A stretch of DNA of 64,000 bases from Promethearchaeota archaeon (GTDB lineage Archaea > Asgardarchaeota > Lokiarchaeia > Sigyniarchaeales > SOKP01). Below the pieces are notes generated by a model. The model was given only the letters and a program-made list of their open reading frames with translations. It did no database searches and was not told the origin of the DNA. Location: assembly GCA_019058445.1 (NCBI GenBank), contig JAHPZA010000001.1:32001-96000 (forward strand), given 5' to 3'. Below, in pieces: positions 10,388 through 20,023 of the stretch (the first letter of the stretch is position 1; the number at the start of each line of letters is the position of its first letter). The position numbers and the translations under genes were made by a program.

Positions 10388-11692
10388 TTAAATTTTTTCT
10401 ACTACAGTTGCGATACCTACGCCTCCCCCTCCGCACATCATTTGGAGGCCATATCGTTTATTGTAGTTATTTAGATAATGAATCATCTCAGTGAAATAAA
10501 TAACCCCTGAGGCACCAATAGGATGTCCGATGGCAATCGCACCTCCAGTGGGATTTTGCCTTGGATCATCAAATTCATAACCAAGATCTTTACAAAACGC
10601 GAGACATGGAGACGCAAAGGCCTCATTTGGTTCTATAACATCAAGATCATCAATGGTTATATCGGCACGTTTTAAGGCTTTTCTACTTGCTGGTATAGGA
10701 GCAGTTAACATAATCGTTACCTCATCTCCCGCAACAGCAGTGGATACTATTCGCGCCAATGGTTTTAATCCTAAAGACTCTGCTTTTTCTTCAGACATTA
10801 ATAACGTCGCAGCAGCTCCATCAACTATTTGCGATGAATTCCCTGCTGTAACCCTTCCATTCTTTTTACGGAATACAGGTTTCAGGGAACTTAACATTTG
10901 CCAAGCTTTATCAGGTTCATCTAAGTAGGCGGGTCGCACAGTTTGATCTTTTGTCACTGTAACCATTTCTTGTTTTTGTTTGCCCGTCTCCTCATCTTTG
11001 ATGGGTTTCATAGTTTCGTCAGTGTATTTCTTCAAGTAAGATACTGGAACAACTCGTTTATAATATTCATCCTCTTTTCGCATTGCTTGCGTTGCTTTCA
11101 CGTGGGACCACGCACCAAATCTATCTAAGTTTTCACGGTTAAATCCATAACGGTCGCAAATCATCTCAGCAGATACTCCTTGCGGTACAAAAATCTTCAT
11201 GAATTCTTGCATTTTATCAGACCAAATAACAGGATAATTTTTTATTTGAGTAACGATTTGAAAAGTAATTCCCATGCTATAATGAGTCATATTCTCTACT
11301 CCTGCCGCAATCATCATGTCGCCATCCCCCACTTTTATTGCATTTGCACATGTATTTATCGCTTGAAGCCCTGCATTACAATATCTATCAACAGTTGCTC
11401 CTGCAATTTCTATGGGCAAACCAGCCATTATAACTGCTACCCTCCCGATATTACCTCCTTGCTCACCTATTTGCGATAAACATCCCACATGACAATCTTC
11501 GATTTCACTTGGATCGAAGTCTGGACATTTTTCTTTGGTCCTTTCCATTAGTTTTTGTAGTACTGTTATTAATAGATCCTGAGCCGAACATTCTCTGAAT
11601 GCTCCACCTAGTTTTTTCATCTGAGCTCTACTAGATTTTCCCACTGGTGTTCTAATGGCATCAACTACAACACATTCTTTTAATTCTCTCAT
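10388..11692 (-). CDS. Thiolase (acetyl-CoA C-acyltransferase)
   Basis: RTPVG, catalytic DRYCNAG, TAGNSSQIVDGAA, NEAF, GHPIGASG, CGGGG. Confidence 0.95.
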   Translation of the reverse strand: MRELKECVVVDAIRTPVGKSSRAQMKKLGGAFRECSAQDLLITVLQKLMERTKEKCPDFDPSEIEDCHVGCLSQIGEQGGNIGRVAVIMAGLPIEIAGATVDRYCNAGLQAINTCANAIKVGDGDMMIAAGVENMTHYSMGITFQIVTQIKNYPVIWSDKMQEFMKIFVPQGVSAEMICDRYGFNRENLDRFGAWSHVKATQAMRKEDEYYKRVVPVSYLKKYTDETMKPIKDEETGKQKQEMVTVTKDQTVRPAYLDEPDKAWQMLSSLKPVFRKKNGRVTAGNSSQIVDGAAATLLMSEEKAESLGLKPLARIVSTAVAGDEVTIMLTAPIPASRKALKRADITIDDLDVIEPNEAFASPCLAFCKDLGYEFDDPRQNPTGGAIAIGHPIGASGVIYFTEMIHYLNNYNKRYGLQMMCGGGGVGIATVVEKI

Positions 11693-11791
11693 TTAAATCA
11701 TCATTAATTTTCAGATTTTTAATTAACCTCTAATTTTAAAAAAGATTTCAAAAAATTGTTAATTATTATATCTGCATTGGATATTAATAAA

Positions 11792-12664
11792 TTATTTTGT
11801 AAAATCAACTAATTCATCCATATTAATATTCAAATTTTTTAAAAGGCTTTCTGCCTCACTTATCATATGATTAATCAGTTCCTCTACAGAAATGAAATGG
11901 TCAATATTCGGAATTGCCATAGACATATCGGTATATTGCGGTCTGTTGGACTTAAAATGTAAGACTTTTTCAATGAATTCAGGATCAAAACAATTAGTGT
12001 TAATAATTTGCTTTTTCCACATTTCAGGAATTGGACTTTCAATGGTTGGGAGAAATGCTGTACACATGTGGACTGCTTGTGCTCCTAAGATCAGAGCCGC
12101 CAACATTCCTTTTCCATCACATATCCCTCCAGAGGCAATAATTGGTTTTTTTAAAAATTTATTTATATTAACCATATTTATTAAAAATGTGTTTTGTTGA
12201 GGATTTTTCAACCCACCTCCCTCAAGTCCGGTTAAGATAATTGCATCAGTCTTCATTTTTTCTGCAGAAATAGCATGTCGCATTGTAGTGGCCTTATGAA
12301 TCCATACCATATCTTTTTCTTTAATTCTATTTCCTAAGTCTTCAGCTTTGAAAGCAGCGGTTATTATGGTCTTTATCCCTTCTTCTTTTGCTATCTTTAA
12401 ATATCTATAATAAGGATGTCCTGGTTTCACTTTGGTATCAACAGAGAAATTAATCCCGAATGGATTATTTGTAATATTCTTTACATAATGAATTGCACTT
12501 CTAAATTCATTTTCCGTTTCATACGAAGATGCGGTGAGAACACCAACTCCTCCTGCTTTACTTATTGCTGCAGTCAATTCCTTATTATCATAGCCAGCAA
12601 AAGCACCTAGGATAATGGGATATTGGCAGCCAATCATTTCAGTTATTTTTGTTTTCCATCTCAA
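11792..12664 (-). CDS. Nitronate monooxygenase/FabK-like FMN oxidoreductase
   Basis: KITEMIGCQYPII, AAISKAGGVGVL, PFGIN, G.EGGG, PIIASGGICDGKG..AAL.LGA. Confidence 0.85.
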   Translation of the reverse strand: MRWKTKITEMIGCQYPIILGAFAGYDNKELTAAISKAGGVGVLTASSYETENEFRSAIHYVKNITNNPFGINFSVDTKVKPGHPYYRYLKIAKEEGIKTIITAAFKAEDLGNRIKEKDMVWIHKATTMRHAISAEKMKTDAIILTGLEGGGLKNPQQNTFLINMVNINKFLKKPIIASGGICDGKGMLAALILGAQAVHMCTAFLPTIESPIPEMWKKQIINTNCFDPEFIEKVLHFKSNRPQYTDMSMAIPNIDHFISVEELINHMISEAESLLKNLNINMDELVDFTK

Positions 12665-12783
12665 TTATAACACGTCAAGTTTTTAAAAGTCAAAAAATTA
12701 AAACTTAGTTATACTTAGTTTTATCTTAATTCCCATTAAATGAAAGTTAAAAATAAAATTATTTGAAAATATATTTTCTAGAA

Positions 12784-13428
12784 ATGAAGTTAATATTTTG
12801 TGATATAAATGAACAAATGATTGAAGCTTGGAACAAATATTTTACTCAAGATTCCAATATCGAGATATATCATGGTTCTATTTTTTCTCTACATACGGAT
12901 GCGATTGTAAGTCCCGCAAATTCGTTTGGTTTCATGGATGGGGGTTTAGATCTCCAAATTTCGAGGTTTTTTGGATGGCATGTACAAGAACGCCTTCAAG
13001 AACTTATAAAACATAAGCATCATGGAGAATTACTAGTGGGAAATGCTGAAATTGTTCAAACTGACCATGATATAATCCCATTTGTTATTTCAGCCCCCAC
13101 AATGCGAGTTCCGATGATCCTAAAAAATTCAGTAAATGTTTATTTAGCTACAAGAGCATTATTGATGTTAGTAAGATATGGAGAATTTCCAAATGGTAAA
13201 TTAATCAGAGATTCTGTAAAAAAAATTGCGATTCCTGGTATGGGAACTGGAGTAGGCCGTGTAACTTTTGAGATTTGTGCCCTACAAATGAAAAAAGCAG
13301 TGGATGATTTTTATTATGAAAAATTAAAATTCCCAGGTTCTTGGTATGAAGCTCAGAAGAATCATCAGTTACTATATTCGAAAATTACCACTGATCTACA
13401 AATTGATAATAAAAACGAGCAGATTTGA
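12784..13428 (+). CDS. Macro domain protein (ADP-ribose binding/hydrolase)
   Basis: DAIVSPANSFGFMDGGLD, APTMRVP, PGMGTGVG. Start set at MKLIFCD. Confidence 0.9.
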   Translation: MKLIFCDINEQMIEAWNKYFTQDSNIEIYHGSIFSLHTDAIVSPANSFGFMDGGLDLQISRFFGWHVQERLQELIKHKHHGELLVGNAEIVQTDHDIIPFVISAPTMRVPMILKNSVNVYLATRALLMLVRYGEFPNGKLIRDSVKKIAIPGMGTGVGRVTFEICALQMKKAVDDFYYEKLKFPGSWYEAQKNHQLLYSKITTDLQIDNKNEQI

Positions 13429-13447
13429 AAAGAATATAAGGAAATAA

Positions 13448-14302
13448 TTACTCAACAGGGATTTTTTTGCCCGAAAAATCACGTTTATGCTTGCCAAAAT
13501 CTTCAATTTTGCTAAGGGTTAATGAATCAAAAACAGGTCCATCCTTACAAACTAGTAATCCTAGTGGATCCATGGCGCAGAGCCCACATATTCCGCAACC
13601 ACATCTCATAATTCTTTCAAGACTCGCATACAATTCAATATTGTGTTTTTCACATATTTGAAATAGTTTATATAACATGAGTTCTGGACCACAGGCATAT
13701 ACAATTAGGTTAGAGATATCATTTTTATTATAATCCTTTATTATGTTTTCAAATATATCCGAAGCAAATCCTTTTACTCCATAACTCCCATCATCAGTAC
13801 AATAATGAAATTGAGAAATTTCCTCGTTATAGATTTGAAACTCATCCATATATATTAAATCGCTCTCTATTTTAGCCCCCTCGATAACGGTAAAGTTAAA
13901 TCTTCTATTTATCAGTTCAGTTGAGAGAGCTTTTAACGCAGCCATTCCAATCCCACCTCCGATCAAGAAGATTTGCTTAGAATTATCCTCCGGAAGTTTA
14001 AAATAAGTACCTAAGGGACCTCTCACCCCAATATAATCTCCAATTTTTAAATTATGAAGGGCATTTGTGCATTCACCAATATTTTTTACCGTAATAGACC
14101 AGTTTCCGTCTTCACCGTATCCAGATATTGACATGGGAATCTCATCCACTCCCGGAACCCATATCATCACAAATTGACCCGGTTTAGGATGAATATATTT
14201 GTTAGGGTTGTTTTCTTTCATATTAAAAATAATGGTCTTAACTCCATGGCATTCATTAATTATTCGTTTGATACTTACAGTTCTTATGGTATTTTCAGTC
14301 AA
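13448..14302 (-). CDS. pyrK: Dihydroorotate dehydrogenase electron transfer subunit
   Basis: PGQFVMIW, RGPLG, GGGIG, ACGPE, CGCGICGLC...VCKDGPVF [2Fe-2S] motif; overlaps pyrD. Confidence 0.95.
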   Translation of the reverse strand: MTENTIRTVSIKRIINECHGVKTIIFNMKENNPNKYIHPKPGQFVMIWVPGVDEIPMSISGYGEDGNWSITVKNIGECTNALHNLKIGDYIGVRGPLGTYFKLPEDNSKQIFLIGGGIGMAALKALSTELINRRFNFTVIEGAKIESDLIYMDEFQIYNEEISQFHYCTDDGSYGVKGFASDIFENIIKDYNKNDISNLIVYACGPELMLYKLFQICEKHNIELYASLERIMRCGCGICGLCAMDPLGLLVCKDGPVFDSLTLSKIEDFGKHKRDFSGKKIPVE

Positions 14303-15221
14303 AATCTGGCACCTCTTGAGTTTTAAACTGATGAGCTAATCCTTTTATCTCGTTAATTGATGTAAATTCGTGTTCTTTAAGATACGTAATTAATCCTTTA
14401 TTAATTTCGCTAATTACTTCTAATCGCTTATATAATGCGGTACCTATCTGTACTGCTGAAGCTCCAGCTAAAAGAAATTCAACTACATCTTCCCAGGAGT
14501 CAATACCTCCACACCCAATAATGGGGATTTTTAAGCATTTAAACAGATCATACACTTTTTTGATGGCGATTGGATGAATAGCCTTTCCCGAAAGCCCTCC
14601 ACTACCATGAGATAAAACTGGTCTTTTAGTATTCACGTCTATTTTCATTGCTGCTAAGGTATTTATAGCAACAACAGCATCGGCACCACCTTTTTCAGCG
14701 GCTAAAGCTATTTCATTTAAATTTGTAACATTAGGGTTCAATTTTACAAAGACAGGAACAGAAATATTCTCTTTTAGATACTTTACGATATGATATGTTA
14801 AATTTTTATCAATCCCAATAGAAGAGACTTCAGCATGAGGGCAGGAGATATTTATTTCAATTGCATCCGCCCCAGCTTTTTCGGCTTTTTTAGCTACGTC
14901 TAGATAAATCTCATTAGTGTCTCCGAATACGCTCACTATAAGCGGGATATGTTGTTCCTTTATTTTTCTTATTTCTGATACAAATTCATCAATTCCAGGA
15001 TTTCCTAATCCAACGCTATTCATAAAAGTTCCGGGATATACTTCGATTATTGAAGGATTTTTATATCCTATTCGTGCTTTTGGGCCGATAGATTTGGTAG
15101 TTACCGCACCGGCACCGGCATTGATAACTCTCATCATCGAAGAATAAGATACTCCAAGAATACCCGAGGCTAAAATAATTGGAGATTTTAGGTTTAAACC
15201 AGAAATATTTGTTTCTAGCAT
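14295..15221 (-). CDS. pyrD: Dihydroorotate dehydrogenase family 1B, catalytic subunit
   Basis: ASG, TKS, NSVGLGNPG, EINISCPH, VKL.PN, INT, GGLSG, IIGCGGI, AVQIGT. Confidence 0.95.
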   Translation of the reverse strand: MLETNISGLNLKSPIILASGILGVSYSSMMRVINAGAGAVTTKSIGPKARIGYKNPSIIEVYPGTFMNSVGLGNPGIDEFVSEIRKIKEQHIPLIVSVFGDTNEIYLDVAKKAEKAGADAIEINISCPHAEVSSIGIDKNLTYHIVKYLKENISVPVFVKLNPNVTNLNEIALAAEKGGADAVVAINTLAAMKIDVNTKRPVLSHGSGGLSGKAIHPIAIKKVYDLFKCLKIPIIGCGGIDSWEDVVEFLLAGASAVQIGTALYKRLEVISEINKGLITYLKEHEFTSINEIKGLAHQFKTQEVPDFD

Positions 15222-15307
15222 TTTTTAAAAGAAAAAATTACTTTCTATCTTATAATTATTTTTATTGGAGAATATTTAAATTCTTAATAATTAATAGAAT
15301 TAGGAAA

Positions 15308-16531
15308 ATGAAATGTTTCATTGTTGATACCTTCATAGGAGTTTTTGCATTTGATGAGACCGGTAATATTTTAAATTTCATAGATTTTGATGGAAATACT
15401 CAAACGATAATAGAGTTCTATAACTCAATTGATTTAGGAATAATTGAGAAAGAATATGAACAATTTCTTGGAGAATTAAAAACTTCTGGGTTTGATGAAT
15501 TTAAATTTGATAATAAAGAATTAAGAGAGATTAGTACTGAAAAATTAGGATATCAAACTGTTTTGGAACCTTATTCTTTAGAATTTAAAAACTTTAGATT
15601 AGATTTAGAAAATCAACTGAAAAAAGTTGGATTATCTATTTCACGAGAAGAATTATTGGAAAAATATAAGATAATCAATGAGGAACTCATTAAAAAGAAA
15701 GTAAGTCAGCTTGGTGGACAAAGTGATAATATTATTATTCAAATCATAGAAACACTTGATATGCTTAAAAAATCACTTAGTTTATTTTCAACTCGTTTAA
15801 GAGAATGGTATGGACTATATTTTCCCGAGTTAACAGATAAGATTATTGAAGATAATATTCAAGTGGCGCATTTAGTAACCACTTTAGGTGAAAGAGAAAA
15901 TTACACAGTTGATAATATAAAGAAAAACTTTGAATTTAACGATCATTTAGTAAAAAGTTTAGCTACAAAAGCCTCTGAATCAATGGGTGCAAATTTTGAT
16001 CTAGGAATGGTACAAAATTATGCACATCAAATCTTATCATTAGATTCTTATAGGAATGAGTTAGAACATTATTTAGATGAGTTGATGGAAAAATCAGCAC
16101 CTAATCTTAATGCGATTGTGGGTAATCTAATAGGAGCCAAGCTTATTGCGAAAGCAGGAAGTTTAAAAAAGCTTGCTTATATGCCTGCTTCAAGGATTCA
16201 ATTACTAGGAGCTGAAAGAGCACTCTATAGATTTCTTAAAAGTGGAGAGAAGAGGCCTAAACATGGATTAATCTTTCAGTGGAGACAGATAAGGAGCAGT
16301 AAATTCCATCAAAGAGGTAAAATCGCTCGAGTAATAGCTGGGAAAATAGGTATTGCTTCAAAGGTGGATTATTTCGGGGGGGAATTTATAGGAGATGTTT
16401 TGGCAAAAGATATTGAAGAAAAAATAAAAGAAATTGAAATAAAATATCCAAAACCTCCAAAAAAAAAGAGTGAACCCGCAAAGCCAATCAGGAAGAGACC
16501 TCGAAAGAAAAAAAAAAGAGTTCAACAGTGA
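15308..16531 (+). CDS. nop5: C/D box sRNP scaffold Nop5 (Nop56/58)
   Basis: RLREWYGLYFPEL, APNL...G..IGAKLI..AGSL..LA..PAS.IQLLGAE, PKHGLIFQ, RGKIAR; basic tail. Start set at MKCF. Confidence 0.95.
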   Translation: MKCFIVDTFIGVFAFDETGNILNFIDFDGNTQTIIEFYNSIDLGIIEKEYEQFLGELKTSGFDEFKFDNKELREISTEKLGYQTVLEPYSLEFKNFRLDLENQLKKVGLSISREELLEKYKIINEELIKKKVSQLGGQSDNIIIQIIETLDMLKKSLSLFSTRLREWYGLYFPELTDKIIEDNIQVAHLVTTLGERENYTVDNIKKNFEFNDHLVKSLATKASESMGANFDLGMVQNYAHQILSLDSYRNELEHYLDELMEKSAPNLNAIVGNLIGAKLIAKAGSLKKLAYMPASRIQLLGAERALYRFLKSGEKRPKHGLIFQWRQIRSSKFHQRGKIARVIAGKIGIASKVDYFGGEFIGDVLAKDIEEKIKEIEIKYPKPPKKKSEPAKPIRKRPRKKKKRVQQ

Positions 16532-16667
16532 AATTGTATAAGATAAATGAGTTAATTTTACGCTGAAATTACGATTTAATAGGCTAAATTATAAAGTATA
16601 CTAAAAGCGTTTAGAAAAAAATAGCTTTGAAAAGAATTCAAATTATATTAGAGATTAGTATAGAATA

Positions 16668-17525
16668 ATGAACGTCCCATTAAACATTGACTTAAAAGGA
16701 AAAACTGCTGTTGTAACGGGTGGTGGAGGTATTCTTTGTGGATCTTTTTCAGAGGCACTTGGGAAATGTGGAGCTAAAGTTGCAGTGTTAGATTTACGCA
16801 AAGATGCGGCAGATAAAGTTGCCAATAAAATTAAGGCAAGTGGGGGAATTGCTATGGGGATTAAGGCAAATGTATTGCAACTTACGAGTTTATTAGAAGC
16901 TGAAAGGACAATTTCAGAAAAATTTGGTCCTTGTAATATTTTAATTAATGGTGCGGGGGGAAATCATCCCAAAGGCACAACTTCAAACGAGTTTTTAACT
17001 GTGGAAGATTTAGAACGTAAAGAAGAGGGATTCAAAACGTTTTTTGATTTGGATCTCGAGGGTTTTAAGTTTGTATTTGATCTAAATCTTATTGGTACTC
17101 TTCTACCAACTCAGGTTTTTGCTAAAAAAATGATACATCAAAAAAACGCAGTTATTATAAACATCTCTTCGATGAATGCCTTTTTGCCACTCACTAAAAT
17201 TCCAGCATATAGTGGAGCCAAGGCAGCAGTGAGTAATTTTACAAAATGGTTAGCTGTACATTTTTCAAGAGTAGGAATTCGTGTAAATGCGATTGCTCCA
17301 GGATTCTTTTTAACAGATCAGAACCGACATTTGCTTATTGAAGATGATGGATCATACACACTTCGAGCAGAAAAAATAATGAGTCAAACACCTATGCAGC
17401 GTTTTGGTAAACCCGAAGATTTACTGGGAACTCTTCTCTGGCTTGTTGATGATCATGCATCTGGTTTTGTAAATGGAATTGTAGTCCCTGTAGATGGTGG
17501 TTTTTCTGCATATTCAGGAGTATAG
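16668..17525 (+). CDS. uxuB: SDR oxidoreductase, probable D-mannonate oxidoreductase (Bacillus-type UxuB)
   Basis: TGGGG.L, INGAGGNHPKGTT, NISSM, YSGAK, RVNAIAPGFF; adjacent to uxuA. Confidence 0.8.
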   Translation: MNVPLNIDLKGKTAVVTGGGGILCGSFSEALGKCGAKVAVLDLRKDAADKVANKIKASGGIAMGIKANVLQLTSLLEAERTISEKFGPCNILINGAGGNHPKGTTSNEFLTVEDLERKEEGFKTFFDLDLEGFKFVFDLNLIGTLLPTQVFAKKMIHQKNAVIINISSMNAFLPLTKIPAYSGAKAAVSNFTKWLAVHFSRVGIRVNAIAPGFFLTDQNRHLLIEDDGSYTLRAEKIMSQTPMQRFGKPEDLLGTLLWLVDDHASGFVNGIVVPVDGGFSAYSGV

Positions 17526-17578
17526 TTAGATGTATAAAGAAAGGATAAGATCTATACTTACAATAAGGTGATAAAGAT

Positions 17579-18631
17579 ATGATAATGACTTTCCGATGGT
17601 ATGGGGTTGATGATCCAATCCCTCTTAAGTATATAAGGCAGATTCCAAGAGTATCGGGGATTGTGTCTGCGTTATATGATGTTCCTATAGGTGATGTGTG
17701 GCCTCTGGAAAAGTTGAAATTGCTCCAAAAGAATATTGAAGCTGCCGGATTAAAGTTGTCTGTAATTGAGAGTATACCTGTCCATGAAGATATTAAATTA
17801 GGACGTAGTAATAGAGATGAATTGATTGAAAATTATTGTCAAAGTATTCGAAATATGGGCTCTCTTGGTATAGAAATACTCTGTTATAATTTCATGCCGG
17901 TATTTGATTGGACTCGAACCGATTTAGCAATGGAGCATTCTGATGGATCAACATGTCTTTGTTATAATCAAGAAGAGTTAAAGAAAATAGATTTAAGAAA
18001 AGATTCTTTAGAACTTCCAGGGTGGGCAACGAATTATACGAAAAAAGAATTAGAGGTTCTTTTAGATGCATATCTTGAAGTTGATGATGATGCGCTATGG
18101 GCAAACTTAGAATATTTCTTAAAAAGAGTAATTCCTGTTGCTGAAGAATCTGGTGTTAAAATGGGTATTCATCCAGACGATCCCCCATGGTCTATCTTCA
18201 ATCTTCCCCGCATAATAACTGACGAAGCTGCGTTAGATCGTTTTATTCACATTGTAGAAAGTTCATCAAATGGAATAACGTTTTGTACGGGTTCGTTTGG
18301 TCCAAATTCAAAAATGGATTTAGTGAAATGTATTCGTAAATATGGTGCGATGGGGCGGATTCCGTTTACACATTTACGAAATATAAAGCGCACGGGGGAA
18401 TATAGTTTTCATGAAGTTGAGCATCCGACCGAGTTTGGTGATATCAACATGTATGAAGTTATAAAAGCGTATATAGAGATAGGATTCACTGGAGCTATAC
18501 GTCCAGATCATGGAAGAATGATCTGGGATGAAAAGGGTCGTCCGGGATATGGATTATATGATCGGGCATTAGGAGTAATGTATTTAACAGGTCTCTGGGA
18601 GGGAATTCAAAAGACCCTTCAAAATAAATAA
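17579..18631 (+). CDS. uxuA: Mannonate dehydratase
   Basis: MTFRWYG, ESIPVHEDIK, CYNFMPVFDWTRT, HPDDPP, RPDHGR, PGYGLYDRALG. Confidence 0.96.
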   Translation: MIMTFRWYGVDDPIPLKYIRQIPRVSGIVSALYDVPIGDVWPLEKLKLLQKNIEAAGLKLSVIESIPVHEDIKLGRSNRDELIENYCQSIRNMGSLGIEILCYNFMPVFDWTRTDLAMEHSDGSTCLCYNQEELKKIDLRKDSLELPGWATNYTKKELEVLLDAYLEVDDDALWANLEYFLKRVIPVAEESGVKMGIHPDDPPWSIFNLPRIITDEAALDRFIHIVESSSNGITFCTGSFGPNSKMDLVKCIRKYGAMGRIPFTHLRNIKRTGEYSFHEVEHPTEFGDINMYEVIKAYIEIGFTGAIRPDHGRMIWDEKGRPGYGLYDRALGVMYLTGLWEGIQKTLQNK

Positions 18632-18653
18632 ATAATAAATTGAGGTAATAAAG

Positions 18654-19349
18654 TTGAGTAAACTAGAAATTAGGAAGCACCCAAAACTTTTTGAAGTGTA
18701 TGTTTCAGGGCCGTCGGATAATCTAAGATTGTATTCAAAAAATTTGATACCCGGACATAAAGTCTATAGTGAAAGGTTAATTGACTATAAAGGGATTGAA
18801 TATAGAGAGTGGGATCCTTATAGAAGTAAATTAGCTGCTTTAATTCTGGAAAATCCCATGAGCAATTTTCTATCAAATACTCTAAATTGCCTCTATTTAG
18901 GGGCGTCATCAGGAACTACAATTTCTCACCTTTCTGATATTGTTAAGGATGGAATAATTTATGGAATTGAATTTGCAGAACGGAGCATACGGCAATTAAT
19001 TCAAAACACTTCTAATAGGAAAAATATCATACCTATATTAGGAGATGTGAGGTATCCTGCAAGTTATGCGAAATCAATTTTTAATGAAATAGATTTGATT
19101 TATCAAGATGTAGCACAGCCTAACCAAGCGGAAATTGCTGTATTAAATTCTGATTATTATCTTAAAAAAGATGGATTAATCATATTAGCTATAAAGTCTC
19201 AATCAATAGATAGTGTTTCAAAATCACAAGAAATTTATAAGAGAGAAAAGGAGATACTTGAAAATGCGGATTATGAAATTTTAGAAAGCATTAATATCCA
19301 TAAATATGCAGCTAATCATATCGTTTTAATAGTCAAAAAGGAAAATTAA
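18654..19349 (+). CDS. flpA: Fibrillarin-like 2'-O-methyltransferase
   Basis: VYSE, YREWDPYRSKLAA, LYLGASSGTTISH.SD, YQDVAQPNQ. Confidence 0.96.
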   Translation: MSKLEIRKHPKLFEVYVSGPSDNLRLYSKNLIPGHKVYSERLIDYKGIEYREWDPYRSKLAALILENPMSNFLSNTLNCLYLGASSGTTISHLSDIVKDGIIYGIEFAERSIRQLIQNTSNRKNIIPILGDVRYPASYAKSIFNEIDLIYQDVAQPNQAEIAVLNSDYYLKKDGLIILAIKSQSIDSVSKSQEIYKREKEILENADYEILESINIHKYAANHIVLIVKKEN

Positions 19350-20023
19350 TCAAAATAATCAGTTATTTTTTTACTTCCAACTTCTTCACGTAGGATTTTT
19401 TTTGTGGTTTCCCAGGTTGTTCTCACAAAGTATGGCACTTTTTTATTCTTTCTAATCCATTGCTTAAGAAAATCAGTAGTTCTTTTATCAGAGGGATATC
19501 CGGAGCCTATATCTCCATATTTCTGCTTTAACTTATCGATTATGGTGTCTCTAGTATCTTTAGCGATTATCGAAGCTGCAGAAACTATTGGATAAATATC
19601 ATCAGCTCTATGTTTAGAAATTATATTTGTTGGTTTATAGTGTAATAACATTTTTATAGCGTTTCCAAATCTTTTTTCATTTACATCTGCCGCATCTACA
19701 TAAATGACATCAGGTTGTAGTTTATTAATAATCTCTGCCATTTTTAATTCTTCTAATCGATTTAAGGTAATTTTATCTTTTTCTCGGTTATCAATTTCTT
19801 TCGCAGAAACTATTATAACCTCAAAAGAATGACAGTTCTGTTTAATTATTTGGGTTAACTGAGCCCTTTTTTTAGGGGAGAGTTTTTTAGAATCTCGTAC
19901 TCCAATTTCTTTTAAAATAGTAATTTTAGATTCATTAAAACAAACACCACATATAACGAGCGGTCCGATGACTGGTCCTCTGCCAGCCTCATCAATTCCG
20001 CATACAAGATTAGCTTTCTTCAA
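19346..20023 (-). CDS. rnhB: Ribonuclease HII
   Basis: GIDEAGRGPVIGP, DSKKL, VSAASIIAK, GSGYPSD; C-terminal PIP-box-like KKITDYF. Confidence 0.97.
   Translation of the reverse strand: MKKANLVCGIDEAGRGPVIGPLVICGVCFNESKITILKEIGVRDSKKLSPKKRAQLTQIIKQNCHSFEVIIVSAKEIDNREKDKITLNRLEELKMAEIINKLQPDVIYVDAADVNEKRFGNAIKMLLHYKPTNIISKHRADDIYPIVSAASIIAKDTRDTIIDKLKQKYGDIGSGYPSDKRTTDFLKQWIRKNKKVPYFVRTTWETTKKILREEVGSKKITDYFD

Noticed and set aside
15308-16531. Nop-domain protein as a TIGR-Tas or IS110-like effector
   Set aside because: Canonical Nop5 near fibrillarin, with no nuclease fusion and no tandem guide array seen.
16532-16560. ATGAGT after nop5 as a duplicated fibrillarin start marking the uxu insertion site
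   Set aside because: The match to TTGAGT at 18654 is too short to be meaningful in AT-rich DNA.
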